64,000 nucleotides of DNA from the NCBI GenBank assembly GCA_008632985.1, contig QPGO01000117.1, positions 124,001-188,000 on the forward strand, written 5' to 3'. The stretch is from Psammoneis japonica (Eukaryota). The stretch's first letter is position 1, and every line of letters begins with the position of its first letter. The notes beneath the pieces are model-generated. The model did not search any database. It worked only from the letters and a program-made list of their open reading frames with translations, and was not told the DNA's origin. The translations under genes were made by a program, and so were the position numbers. This document shows positions 47,851-60,414 of the stretch, in pieces.

Positions 47851-49137
47851 TCTTGCAGAAAAGAAACAGAACGAACGTTGAGAAAAAAGTGCCGACTGCA
47901 GAAAAGTTCAAAAATTCGCAAGAGACGATGACGCGGATGCAAAGACAGACTGCGCTTTCGTTTCTGCAAAATTCTCACGTGCCGGTAGACGGACGGAGGT
48001 TTGCATCTTTTTTGCTTGTTTCTTGGTGCAGTCATTTGGTGGCTTTGCCAACACCACTCTTCTTCCAGGCAGAGCAGACAACAGCAGATCTGGCAGTGCA
48101 CTGGCGAGTGGCGAGTGACTGCGCAAGTGTGCTCCACTCAAGCTCTGGAGAGTCTGATGAGCTTCAACTTTTTTGTTGCTCTCCATCTGTGTCAGAGTCA
48201 GCTGATGCGGCAAAGGTGACCTGATCTTGTCCTTGGAATCACCCACCTTGTGCCAATTGGGCCCCAGTTTCACAGTGCCATTTCCCAACAAAAGACCTGA
48301 TGAAAGCCATGTTTTCTTCAATCTCCTCAGCACCACAACAAACAAGAATGCCCAAGGTTGCAGAGAAATGGCAAAGGTGCATGTGCGCACCTGCAAGTGT
48401 GCTTCTTTTTCAACCTCCCTGTGCTCCAAATCATTGCCAGCACTGTGTTGGAGCATTGGGGTGAGAGGCAGGTTTTGCAGCACAGACAGACAGTGTTGCA
48501 ACAAAAGACATGCCGATGGCTTTGGAAGAAGCAACAAATTTGGTCTTGTGGCTTGGGTTGTGTCATGGGTCTTGTGCTCACTTTTCAGCTTCTGCACCCA
48601 GCCAACATGATGACAGCAACTGACAGCACTGGGGACATGTTTGCAAGCCACATGATGAGTTTGGGGCTGGCAAGACCAAGCGTGTGCCAGCCGGCAAGCC
48701 GTGATTGAGTCATGGCAGCATGACACTCAAAGGAGTGGTGTCATTCTAAAACAGGCTGGAAAGTCATCAGGATTCCAAAGACGCAGGCTGGGAAGTCATC
48801 AGGAATCCAAATGTGTGTCTCATGTTGGTGGACTGTGACAAACAAACCAGCTGGATGAGGGCAAATGATGTGTTCCAGCCCCAGGCGGGACTCCTGGTGA
48901 CATTGGGCCCACAGAATTCTGCGAGCGAGCTTCGCAGTGCAAGAATTTGGTTGGTGGACATGTGTGTCTTTAACATCAAATGAGCAACCAAGTTTGTGGT
49001 GCAATCATGCCTCTTGCCACTTGATGTTTTTGCAAATGCACCTGCTCTGCATCATGGCTCTCAAGACCTTTGAGAATCATGCTGTAAAAAAAATGTCAAG
49101 AGTTGTTGAATGAAACCTTTGCAACTGCAGGTCCACA

Positions 49138-49845
49138 ATGGGACACAGTTGCATGTTGGCTGGTGCTGCTGTTTCTTTCCGGAACAAGAATCAGTCAGTG
49201 ACTCCTGTTGTGAGCTTCACAAAAGCAGAGTTCTGTGCTGCCAGCACGACCACCGCCAAGCACGCACTTTGCCTTCATCATGTTCTTCATGAACTGGGGT
49301 TCTCCCAGAAGGGGCCCACTCCTTTGTTTGTTGACAACAAATTGGTGATCAAGATCATCAACCATTGTGGCCTCATTGAGCACTCGCAAGACATTGGCAC
49401 TCAGTTCTTCGTGATCCAACATTGGATGGAGATGGGCAAGATTGTCACACGACATGTCCCTGGCATTGTCAATCCCAGTGATGACCTCACCAAGGCTCCA
49501 GGATGGGCACTTCATGCCCGCCATGCTTGATGCACAATGGGACACTGCCATTGATGTTTTTCCCTTGGTGGCCTCCCTGCTTCAGATTGCCCCCCTTGTT
49601 TGTTGTGCACTGGGCTTGGACACTTTGTTTTGTCCTGTGGTCTGTTCTCCTGCATTGTCCCTGTCATTTGGATTGATCTGCATTGTTTCTACATTTGGAC
49701 ATTGCAGATCAAGGGAGGGTGTCAGTCCACCTGTCGTGCTGTGGACAGACTGTGTGCAGATGATGACCAGACCATTTGAACAGACAAGCAGATCTCTCTG
49801 AGATCTGCCTCTCACTCTGTTCTGCTGGCACTCATGATGTCACAG
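49138..49845 (+). mobile_element. 3' end of a Ty1/Copia element: RNase H remnant, PPT and probable LTR
   Basis: GAAVSFRNKNQ..TKAEFCAA..PTPLFVDN..NPSDDLTKA; polypurine AAGGGAGGG followed by TGTCAG at 49720. LTR end is uncertain. Confidence 0.78.
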
Positions 49846-50449
49846 TCCCAGTGCTCAGGGAGTCCACCATGTTGTTGTCCTCATTGCCCTTCAGCATTCT
49901 GTCAGGCCTGCAATGGGGGGGGGTGCTTTTCTGCAGTGGTGCAATCTGTGCACTTGCACACAGAGGCAAGGAGACTGTCTTCTCTTCTGAGTGAAATCAG
50001 GAGCACAGGAGATGGTCACCTGTGCTCCATGTGTTGAGGTGTTGGCAGCATCCTGATGTTTCATTGGAGGGAAAGCATCAATGGTTGGAGGATGATCACT
50101 TGTTGCAGCTGTTGCACTTGTGACAGGCTTCCAGAAGCAACCCACTTCCAGAAGCAACCAGTTGGTTGTGTCATCTGCAAAAACTGTGAGTGGCTGAGCC
50201 CATCCAGCCATCAGAGCCAAATTGTGGCTTGTGTTTGGTGAGACAAAAAGTGATGAACAACAATGTCATTGTGGTGGTCATGATGTCATTGTGGCAGGGT
50301 GTCATGATGACAACAAATGTCAATCGACCAAAGGGTGTGCATTCTTTGTCATTGCCTGGGATCAGTGCATGCACAAGCAGCAAGGACACAAGATGAGTCT
50401 CCATGCTTCAATTGGCTGCATGTTGTCGTCAACATGATGTGAACACATC

Positions 50450-53400
50450 ATTCACAACATGACACACACTTTCTCACATGCCTTTGCACCTCTGCTGGGG
50501 TGGGCATCATCATGGCAGCTGCTGCTCCAGATCCAATCAAAACAGCTCTTGATGGGATTGCATTTGCTGATCCAGCTCAACAAGTTTTGCTCATGGCAGA
50601 TTTTGCATCATTTGACAACTTTGAGGACCTCAAAGAAAACAAGAATGTTGACTCAGTTGCATCTTCCTGCACAATGAGGTGGATGGTTGCTGAAGGGTGT
50701 GTTCACTTTGGACTGGCCCACAGTTGTCATCTCAAGTCTCTCATCCATTGGGTGCAGGATTTTGGTCATGTGAGTTTGACTCCTGCTCTTGGAGGATTGA
50801 GCCAGGCAACCTTCTGTGCTGCACTCGAGATGGCACACAGTCATGCTGAGATTTGCTCTCAGACTCAAGACATGGCAGATTCTCTTGGCAAAGAGGCATC
50901 TCGTGGGATGTTGGAGAGCAAGAAAGATGGGTCAAGTGGAGCAATGGTCTTGCAAACATGCTTGGCATCATGCTTGGAGCATCCAGAAGTCCATCAGTTC
51001 ATTGCATTTGCCCAAATGAGGCCACCAAACCTCATGTTCACAACACTTTTATCCAGAACTCTGTTGGATGTGCACCTCCTCTTCAAGGTCCAGCTTTCAA
51101 AGTGGACACTTGCGCCATTGTTCATTTGTTGATTGAGTTCCTTGCAGTGGAGACGCTGAGTGAGCAATGATTGAAAGACCACAAGAGCAAGCAGAACAAT
51201 CATGTGGACTGTCAGGCTCTCTGCAACCACTGCCAGGGGGGAGGGCAACACCTCCCGTTGCATTTCTGAAGCCAAGTGCTTGGAGAAAACTCTCCATTGT
51301 AAGAGTGAGTGTGCTGCATCTTTTGAGTCATTTGTCAACAACAAACTCATGCCAGGAGATGTTCAACATCTTTTGAGGAAAATGACAAGCCAAAAATGGA
51401 TGCCCATGAGTTGCACATTCTTTTTGAGAAGACCCAGCACCAACAACCCCAGAGTGTTGTTGAGACCTCAAGGGCAAAGAACAAGTTTGGAGGAGGCATC
51501 ACATTTGCCACCATGGCCAATCATCTTGCCGCAAATGTTGCCACCCTTCCAGAGACTCTTGTGCATTGTCATGCAATTGCTGAAGTTGCCTCTGGAGGAG
51601 GGAAAGCAAGAGCACAATGCACCATTTGCATTTCTGATGGATCCATTGACACTTGATTTTGAAAGAATTGACACCAGTTGAATGAGGAGAACATGCAGAA
51701 TTCATCAATGAGAGCATGCCTCTGGGGATCAGCAAGAAACCATGAAACCCCAAGTGTTGCACTGCATCTGACAAGTCACTGATGAAGAAGAGTCAGAAAC
51801 TGTCATCACAGCTTGAGGAAGCAAACCAAAAAATCTCCGCTCTGAATACCAGCACCAATTCTGATTCAGGTGAGGGCAATTCAAGAGCTGCTGGGAAAGA
51901 CAAGAACAGCGCTGGAAATGCACTTGGCAGATGCAGCAAATGATGCATGGGATTGCACAAATGACTGCCAAGCTGGGATCTGCTCAGCGGCATTGTTGAC
52001 TTCATTTTGTGGTTGCTGCATTGGGGCAGGGGACAGCCATGTGGATCATTCAAGGATTTGGCATGCAAGGGTCATCAAAACATCCTTGAGATCACTGCCT
52101 TGATGAGACACATGGCAATGGCATGTTCTGACCTCCATGGAATGCCCACATTTGCAACATGAGTCAGGTGAAGCATGGGCACATTGAGTTAGATTCACAT
52201 GCTGACACCACTGTTTTTGGTCAAAACTCTGCCCTCTTGGGTTGTTCTGGGTGAGAGTGTGGCATGTTGCCTTGCCATGAGGGATGCAAGTCCATCAAGA
52301 GTGTTCCAATGGCCTTGGCAGCCACTGCACCATGGATCACCAACTTTGGGAGCAACACTCATTCTGGTTTTCCATGAGGGCTTGTGGGTGCCTGATTCCA
52401 TGGAGCACTCACTGGCGAACCCCAACCAATTGTGGCATTTCAGTGTCAGAGTTCAGGACAACCCCTGCTCTGCTTTGCCACCTTGTGTCCTCACAGACAA
52501 TGTGTTCCTGATGCAACTCAAGCCAATGGGAACCAGCATTGTTGCAGCTGCTTGGACTCCCACAGACCAGGAGCTCCACAAGTGATCCCACACATCCAGA
52601 TGACCTCCCAGCATCCTTGGAATCCACACACTGCCAAGTTCCAACAAACAGGTGCACAATGATCTGTTGAAGAGGAAATGGAGTCATTCCAGTCCATCTG
52701 GTTCATTGCAAGTGTTCCAACCAACTTGACACATGAGTTCAGTGCTGATCCTGCTTGCAGTGACCTTCAGAGTCCATCCAGGGACTGTCATGACAAATGA
52801 CAAGCAATTCAGTTGTGGCATCAACCAAGTTCAATCAAGACCAGCTGCAGAAGTCAAAGTTGAGTCAGAGTCAGAAGTTTAGATCTCAGCTGTTGAGACA
52901 ATTGGTGAAGAACCTGAAGATGTGGCTCACCAGAAAACCTTCATGTTGAAGGAGAGGTGTGGTGACGTGACTGTGGCTGACTTGAGCAAGCATGGGTGTG
53001 TTGGGATGAAGCAAGCAGTCAACACACTCAAGAAGATCACTGAGAGGCTTGTGTGATCAGTGCTGACACCTGCAGGCAGGTGCTGCCAAGCTGATTGGAT
53101 GTTCACAAAGCCACAACTGCGCGGCAAGTGGGCAACCAACATGGTGGATTGGCAAGGTGGTCTCATCACAGAGGGCAATTGACATGCCCAGATCTTTACA
53201 AACAAACAGTGTTTTGCTGTGATCCATCCCATGGACAAGAAGGACAAGGCTGAAGAATCTCTCAAGATGTTCTTCCAAGAACTTGGAGCTCTGGAGAACC
53301 TTTTGATGGATGGCTCCAAGGAGCAGACCAAGCATGGCACTGAGTTCAATGAAAAAACAGTTCAAAAGGAGGGCGCTGATTGCCGCATCATTGAGCCTGA

Positions 53401-54068
53401 TCAACACAACCAGAATCCTGTGGAGGGAGCAGTCCATGAGGCTCAATGTGTGTGGTTCCACATCATGGTCAAGAAGCAAGCACTGCGGTGACCATGGGAT
53501 CACGGATTGGTGTGGCAGCATGAGATCATGTCTCGCGCCATGTTTCTTTTTCAGAGCACATCATTTGGATGCCAGAGTGCCACTTGAAAGCATTCTTGGC
53601 AAGACTGCTGTGGACATCTTGAAGCATTGTGACTTTGAATTTTGTGATTGGGTCTGGTGCAGGGAGAATGCGGGTCTTGGCAACGAGAAACTTGGCAGGT
53701 GGCTTGGTGTTTCTCATCGAATTGGGAGTCTCATTTCGTGCCCCACATTTTAAAGGAGAATGGCAGCATCATCTTGAGGACTTCCGTTCAATGGGTCACC
53801 AACTTGGAAGGTGCTGCACAAAAGAACAAGGCCAAGTTCGACAGCTTTGACAGGGAGATCAAGCATTGGCTGAACGAACAGGATTTTGCGGAGGACAAGG
53901 AACACAAGATCAGTGGCCCCGAAGACTGGAAGGACTGCCTTGGATGCGATGATGAATTCTTGGATGCTTCAAAGGAAGCAGTTGACAAGGATGATGACAA
54001 GAAAGACAAGGAGTCTCACCGGAGGCGGCTGACTGGGGACACCTTCATGTGGAAGTGGCCCTTCCCGC
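50450..54068 (+). mobile_element. Degenerate diatom-type Copia (CoDi-like) gag-protease-integrase, truncated before RT
   Basis: Gag LKSLIHWVQDF, protease ELDSHADT (~52186), HSLANPNQL, integrase DGSKEQ..IEPDQHNQNPVEG, DFEFCDWVWCRENAG..GRWLGVSHRIG. Many stops and frameshifts. Confidence 0.85.
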
Positions 54069-54328
54069 CCCCCAGGGACGATGATGGGCCGAGCTTGCCC
54101 GCGATTCAACCCTGCCGCGGTAAGGTTAACCCAAACCACAACCGTGAGCGCACTCTCTGTCCATGCTGTGCCGTGTACCGCATGCGCCCTGCGGCTGGAG
54201 AGAGAGTGAGCAGACTGTAGAGAGTGGGCACGTAATAAATGGTTTCCCCCAAGGGTTTCCCTTGTGCCGGTAACCTGCACAGTAATGCAAAAGCAACAGC
54301 AAACAGCAACTTTTGTTGACGGGCGGCA

Positions 54329-57300
54329 ATGAAGCTCCCAGAGTTAGTTACGTTTGCAATCTCTTTGATCACAGTGTTACATGGTGAGATTTTATGTTGC
54401 TTTACGCACAAGTTTGAGAAATTCAAATTTCCTCGTAAATTCACTTAGCTTTCTTGATTGCCGTTCTTTCTTGCGCAGTCGCGTTTGCGGTGGAAAAGTT
54501 CAGTGCGATCGACGATGAAAAGGTCCTCAACATTCATCTCGTGCCACACACACACGACGATGTCGGATGGGTACGAACCGTCGATCAGTACTATTATGGA
54601 TGGAACACTTCCATTAGCAATTCCATTATCAACGGGAGGCACAACGTATCTTCGGTAAGATCCATTTTGGATACCGTCATGCAAGAGCTGGCCAAGAACG
54701 AGAACCGCACCTTTACTTATGTCGAGCTCAAATTCTTTTCCATGTGGTGGGACGAACAAACAAATGCAACAAAGGCGATTGTACGCGATCTCGTTTCCAA
54801 GAAACAGCTTGACTTTGCCAATGGGGGTTGGTGCATGCACGATGAAGGCGCTACTCATTTCATGGGAATGATTGATCAAACAACATTGGGACACGCGTTT
54901 TTGAAGAATCACCTTGGTATTGTTCCTACCGTGGGGTGGCAACTGGATCCTTTTGGACATTCTGCAACTCAGGCTTCGCTAATGGCTGGACGGGTTGGAT
55001 TTGATGCCCTTTATTTTGGTCGGATTGATTATAGAGATTTGGAGAAGAGAAGGGAAACACAGGAAACCCATGGCTTGTGGGAATCATCCCCCAATCTGCG
55101 TGAACAAGTGTTTTGGGGTCTGACGGGAAGCTACTCGGGAAACTACAACGCACCCAAGGGTTTCAGGTTTGAAACCAGAGGAAATGGTCCCCTGCCAGCA
55201 GCGAATGAAACAGCACTCCTTGAAAAGATGAAAGTCTTTATGGAACGAGCAAAGACGCAAAGCGATGAAACCAAAGGAAACAACATCATGATGACCATGG
55301 GTGGTGACTTTGAGGTACATATTTTCTTGTAGAGATTACTGGTTGCTAGTGTGGGGTAGTCTGAGCTCACTGTTTTGTCTTTTTTCTCGTTGCAAGTATG
55401 CAAACGCCTCGTTCAATTTCGGCAACATTGAACTCCTCATGGAGTCGGTCTCAAAGTATCAGTCTGATGGCTCCATCAATGTATCTTCAATTCTTGGCCC
55501 CCGGTTCGAAAGCGTCAATCTATTCTACTCGACACCAGCCTATTTTACGCTGCAAAAACACAAGGAAGGCGAAGCGTTCGCATCATCCAACGACGGGACG
55601 TTGCTTTGGAAGTCTAAAACAGACGACTTTTTTCCATACTCAAACTGCAAAGATAATTGCTATTGGACGGGGTACTTTACGTCTCGCGCCGGATTAAAGC
55701 GCATGGAACGGGTGGCGTCGTCGTTTCTTCTTGCGGCACGTCAGATTGAGTCCCTCCCGGGCGAAAGCATTGGCACGCCGCTGTTAAAGCTGGAGGATGC
55801 CGTCGGTGTTGTACAGCACCACGATGGCGTGTCTGGTACTAGCAAACAACATGTAGCATATGACTACGCCAAGAAGATACAGGAAGGCATGGATCGGGCT
55901 GCAAAAATTGTGGAACTCAAGCTAAAGCATCATCTTTTGGAAGATATCGATTCACTGGATCTTAATGTTTGTCAGTTTCTGAACGAGACAATGTGCACTA
56001 CCGATGATGTAAGTGCTGCACGTATATGAAATTGGGTTTCGCTTCATTTTTTGCATCTGCATCTTTCTGAACGCAATGATGCTATTCTCTTTGCAGGCAC
56101 CTATTTTTAAGTATGACGATTTTTTCGTGGTGGTTTACAATGCTCTTTCGCAACGCCGCTCGTCTGTTGTTGGTATCCCTGTGCCAGAGAGTGCCACGTA
56201 TGACGTTGCAAAGGTAAAGCATCTTGGGGTCGACGATGAACATAGCGAAAATGTGACGTCGTTTGTTGTTCCACCGTTAAAGGACGGCAGTGACGACCTG
56301 CACATTGCCTATTTCGAAACGGGTCCAATCGATCCTCTGGGAGCTTCTGTTTTCCTCTTCAAGAAAACTGGAGATGCTGCGACTGTGGAAACGAGTGCTG
56401 CTGAACTTGCTGATACGGCCGACACATTTGATGTATCGAATGGTGTCCTAACTGTCCATTTTAACGCGTAAGTGCGATACAGGCTACGACATGAAATAAG
56501 GAATCACAATCAGTCCTCAAAATTGCTTTGCGTCTATGTTTACAGGACGACTGGAAAAATGACAAAGATTCAAAACAACGATGACGGATCAACCCTTGAC
56601 ATCTCGCAAGAATGGGGCTACTATTGGTCGTACAACAAACTTGACGGCGCGTACAGGTTTGTCCCGGACTCTGACGATCAGGCACCCACTATGCTAGAAG
56701 CGAAGACTGGAGTTTCGAAGGTGATTGAGACGGACAGTGCAGTAGAAGTCCATGTAGAATACGAAGAACCGTGGGTCAAGCAAGTGACTCGTCTCCTCCC
56801 GAAGCAGCCTTATGTTGAAGTCGAGTTCACAGTCGGACCCGTTCCCGTATCTTTGAACACGTCCAAAGATGTCATCACTCGTTACAACACTCCAATTCAG
56901 ACGAATGGAACATTTTATACAGATGCGAACGGAAGGGAATTCATGAAGCGTGTGCGAAACTTTCGCCCATCGTTTGAAATCGATGAGGCGGAGCCAGTAG
57001 CTGGCAACTACTACCCTATCAATGCTGCGGCGTACATCGATGACCTTGATGCATCGCTCTCTGTAGTTATAGATAGATCCCAGGGTGGAGCATCATTGGT
57101 AGACGGATCAATTGAGCTCATGGTACAGAGACGAACAACACTGGATGACCATCGTGGTTTGCATGAAGCCCTGAATGAGACAGACGGAGGCATCGAAGCT
57201 TATCCACCATATGGCAATAGCGAGAGAAAAGGTGAAGGGGTCATGATCAAAGGAAAGCATCGGCTTGTGGTTGGAAAGGGATTTGGTGGTGCTAGCGCTG

Positions 57301-58103
57301 CTCGTTCTCAAATGGACGATGCGTTTTCCTCGCCTCTTGTGTTAATGGCATCAGCGCCTCCGAACAAAGTGGTGGATTTCAAAGATACTTCCCTCTCTGC
57401 TCTCCAGTCATCACTTCCAGACAATATTATGCTTGTCACCTTTGCTCGAATTCACCATGTACCTGCACTGACGTTTTTGGTTCGGCTTGGACATCAATAC
57501 GGACAGGGTGAGGATTCACAACTGGGAAAGCCCGTTGTCATTGACATGGACAAGCTCTTTGCACACTACAAAGTTGTTTCCATGACGGAGAAGACCTTGA
57601 CGGGCAATCGAGATTATTCCGAGTGGATGGAAAAAAGACTTTCTTGGTCGGTGGCCCCGGATGACGAGTGGAACGAAGCACACGAACGATCAAATGATGA
57701 CGGCAACAAGATTGAAATGAAACCAATGGAGATCCGAACGTTTGAGGTTATCCTTGAGGAAACGTCAAGCCACGCGCCTCTCCCGGTAACTCCCGCCCCG
57801 TCAACCTCTGGTTCGATTGCCCCTTCGTCATCTCTTCCACCTGGATCATCTCCTCGTCCTACGTCACGTCCCAATCCACCTGTTGAACAGCAAGGCACGC
57901 CTTCAAAGGCTTCTTCATCGTCTTCGGATTCCCTTCCCGTGCCCCCGGCGGTCATTGCTCTGATTGCCGTGGCCGCAGTGTTTACGTGTTTTTGTGGAAT
58001 AATATACTGCAGAATGAGAGACAGACAAGAAACCTTGCCACAAGGGGTTGAAGGATTGGCAAGACCTGATTATAGCACGGTGTTTGAGAATGAATTAACG
58101 TAA
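54329..58103 (+). CDS. GH38 lysosomal-type alpha-mannosidase with signal peptide and C-terminal TM, copy 2 (apparently intact)
   Basis: MKLPELVTFAISLITVLH|intron 54384-54478|VAFAVEK; same motifs and four intron positions as copy 1, no frameshift seen. Confidence 0.92.
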
Positions 58104-58227
58104 GCAACGAGAACTGTGGTCAGCAAGTAGAATATAGATAAGAAGCTAAGGAGACAGGTGTAGAGAAAAGTTGCATCTTAAAATTTGTGCCGAGACTCGA
58201 CAGGCAAACAAGGCGAACGCCACCTCG

Positions 58228-59099
58228 TTATCCTCTGACTGGAAGAACGTAAGCGTACATTAGTAGCCAGTGTGTGGCTGCGGCGAGAAGTACAGCCACA
58301 TGCCATATCTCGTGAAAGCCAAAGCGACCAGGCCAAGGATTAGGCTCCTCTACGGTATACTGTGTAAGTTGAAATCGACAAGCGGAGTTGTGAGGATATG
58401 AAATCCGAAAATACTCGACCTGAACAGAAGATGTACGAATAATGAGTAAGAAAGCTTACCACATAACCTCCTGCGGTATAGAGAACTCCACCAAGTAGTA
58501 ACAGAGCAAAGCCACCCCATGTTATAACTGGAATCAGCCAATACGCCATACATGCTCCAATCCATCCCAACGTCACGTACATAGTCATGAAAAACCATTT
58601 CGGTATTCGTTCAAATTGTGTCGCTGTCAAAGTCATTCCCAGCAGTGCAATACCCCAAACAACACCGAAAAACGTCCATCCAATCACACTGTCATGAAAA
58701 AAGACCAGACACAGTGGCGTAAATGTGCCTGCAATCAATGGGTAAATCGCCAAATAGTCCAGCATTCGAAAGAGACCTTCGCATCGGCCAACGACTCCAT
58801 GATGAAGCGTGCTCATACTGAAGAGAAAAATTAGAGACGTTCCATAAACAGCAAACCCAACGATTTTCCAAGCGTTTCCTTGAGACGATGCTTCCGACAC
58901 TAACAGAACCATTCCTAATATCGACAGCATGGTTCCGGCTAAATGCGAAGCGGCATTAAAAACTTCGTCAGTCGCGTGTATTGATCCATCTTGAGAAAAC
59001 TCTCCACATTAACAACATCTGTAATGCCAAGTCGTGCCATAATTTTGATTCTTGTCATCGTCGTTCATGATGTCGTCTAAGACCGTCTTGCTGTTCCAT
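58228..59099 (-). CDS. Hemolysin-III (PAQR) family membrane protein, copy 2
   Basis: STLHH, LDYLAIYPLIAGTFTP, YVTLGW, GGVLYTAG, intron 58360-58459, GFHEIWHV..THW, TAA at 58228. The first ~100 nt carry several 1-nt deletions relative to copy 1. Confidence 0.8.
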
Positions 59100-59763
59100 T
59101 CTTGCAGAGAAGAAAAAGAAGGAACGTTAAGAAAAAAGTGCCGACCGACCGACTGCTGAAAAGTTCAAAAAATCGCGAGCGACAATGACGCGGATGCAAA
59201 GACAGACTGTTTCTGCGAAACTCTCACGCAGTCTAATTCTTCACTGTCATGGCATGCAACATCAATGACAGAGTTCTTCTTCAGCACATGCCCAACCTGA
59301 GGCATTTCTGGCAATTGACCTGCTTCTTCTCATTTTGCGCAAAGCTTGTCCCCTCAGGTTTCTTGCTGTGGACCCACATGCTGTGTCCAACACCTGCAGT
59401 GCCTCCTCAGCCAAATTGGGGCAACCATCAATCCCCAATGCAAGCTGCCAGTGCAGGTCTTTCAAGATGCACCAACATCAGCTGGCACCTCCCATTGGCA
59501 GTGCAACTGACAACTTGCTTGTTCCTTTCTCTCTTCCAGGTGTCATCAGCACCCTTGCAGAATTTCAATGACGCTCGTGAGCCAACTGCAAGAACAACCT
59601 TGAAGTGCCTCTCCTTCGTCCTGACAAATGAGTGCCAACTGCTGCCAACCCTCAACCACCTGGACATGCAAGCAGATTCTCTTGTTTGCATCAAACAAGA
59701 TCAACTTGAGAATTTCCAATGGCGCCTCCATGTGCCCCACTCTCCTTTGTGACACTCTCAAAC

Positions 59764-59991
59764 TGACAGGATTTGAACAGGATTTGGGTGCGCGCGAAAT
59801 GTCGCGCGCTGTTTAGTTTACTGCGCACAGTTTTGTGTGCTTTAGTTCCGCGCGTTCGCGCGCGATGTAGTTTGCTTTCGAGCCACAAGGCTCACAAGAA
59901 TGACAACAGCAGCCCGATCACACCGACTTGCACGTCTTTCGGCTCCTGTGACGGTCTCTGAGCGGAGACTCATCTGCTGTTTAGACAGCAG
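59764..59991 (+). repeat. Dispersed repeat starting TGACAGGATTTGAACAGGATT
   Basis: Near-identical to 62720-62950; diverged copy at 2979-3200. Confidence 0.85.
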
Positions 59992-60414
59992 TAACCCCCG
60001 TGAAGATTTTCGTCTGTTTTTTGTCCGTTCGTGCCCACAGGGGCACGAAAGGAGGCTACGTAGGACTGCACCAGCAAATCCTGTAGATGCACGTTTCCAT
60101 GCCAACAAGATTCATGAACCTCTCAAACGAAAAGAGACAATGGCGTCGTTCTGGATCAACGCCGTAGTTGCTGCGTCTGAAACCGCAGCGCGCCGCTTTT
60201 CTGCTCGTAGACTTGTGCGCTGTCCTGGTGCAAAGGTCATTGCATGCACAGAGTCTACGACGAGGTCATGCTGAAGGAAGAATTCTCGAATTTGAATTCT
60301 CAGCAATCAACCAAGTTTGTGTGCTTTCTATTTTTTTATGCTGCCAACCAAGTCTTACAATCACACATCCCTGATTCTACCTGCATAAGACGACACTGAG
60401 ATTTCAGTCCATGC

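Noticed and set aside
59000..59099. Frameshifts at the 5' end of hemolysin-III copy 2 as true pseudogenisation
   Set aside because: Clustered single-base losses in short runs look like long-read consensus errors; needs read support.
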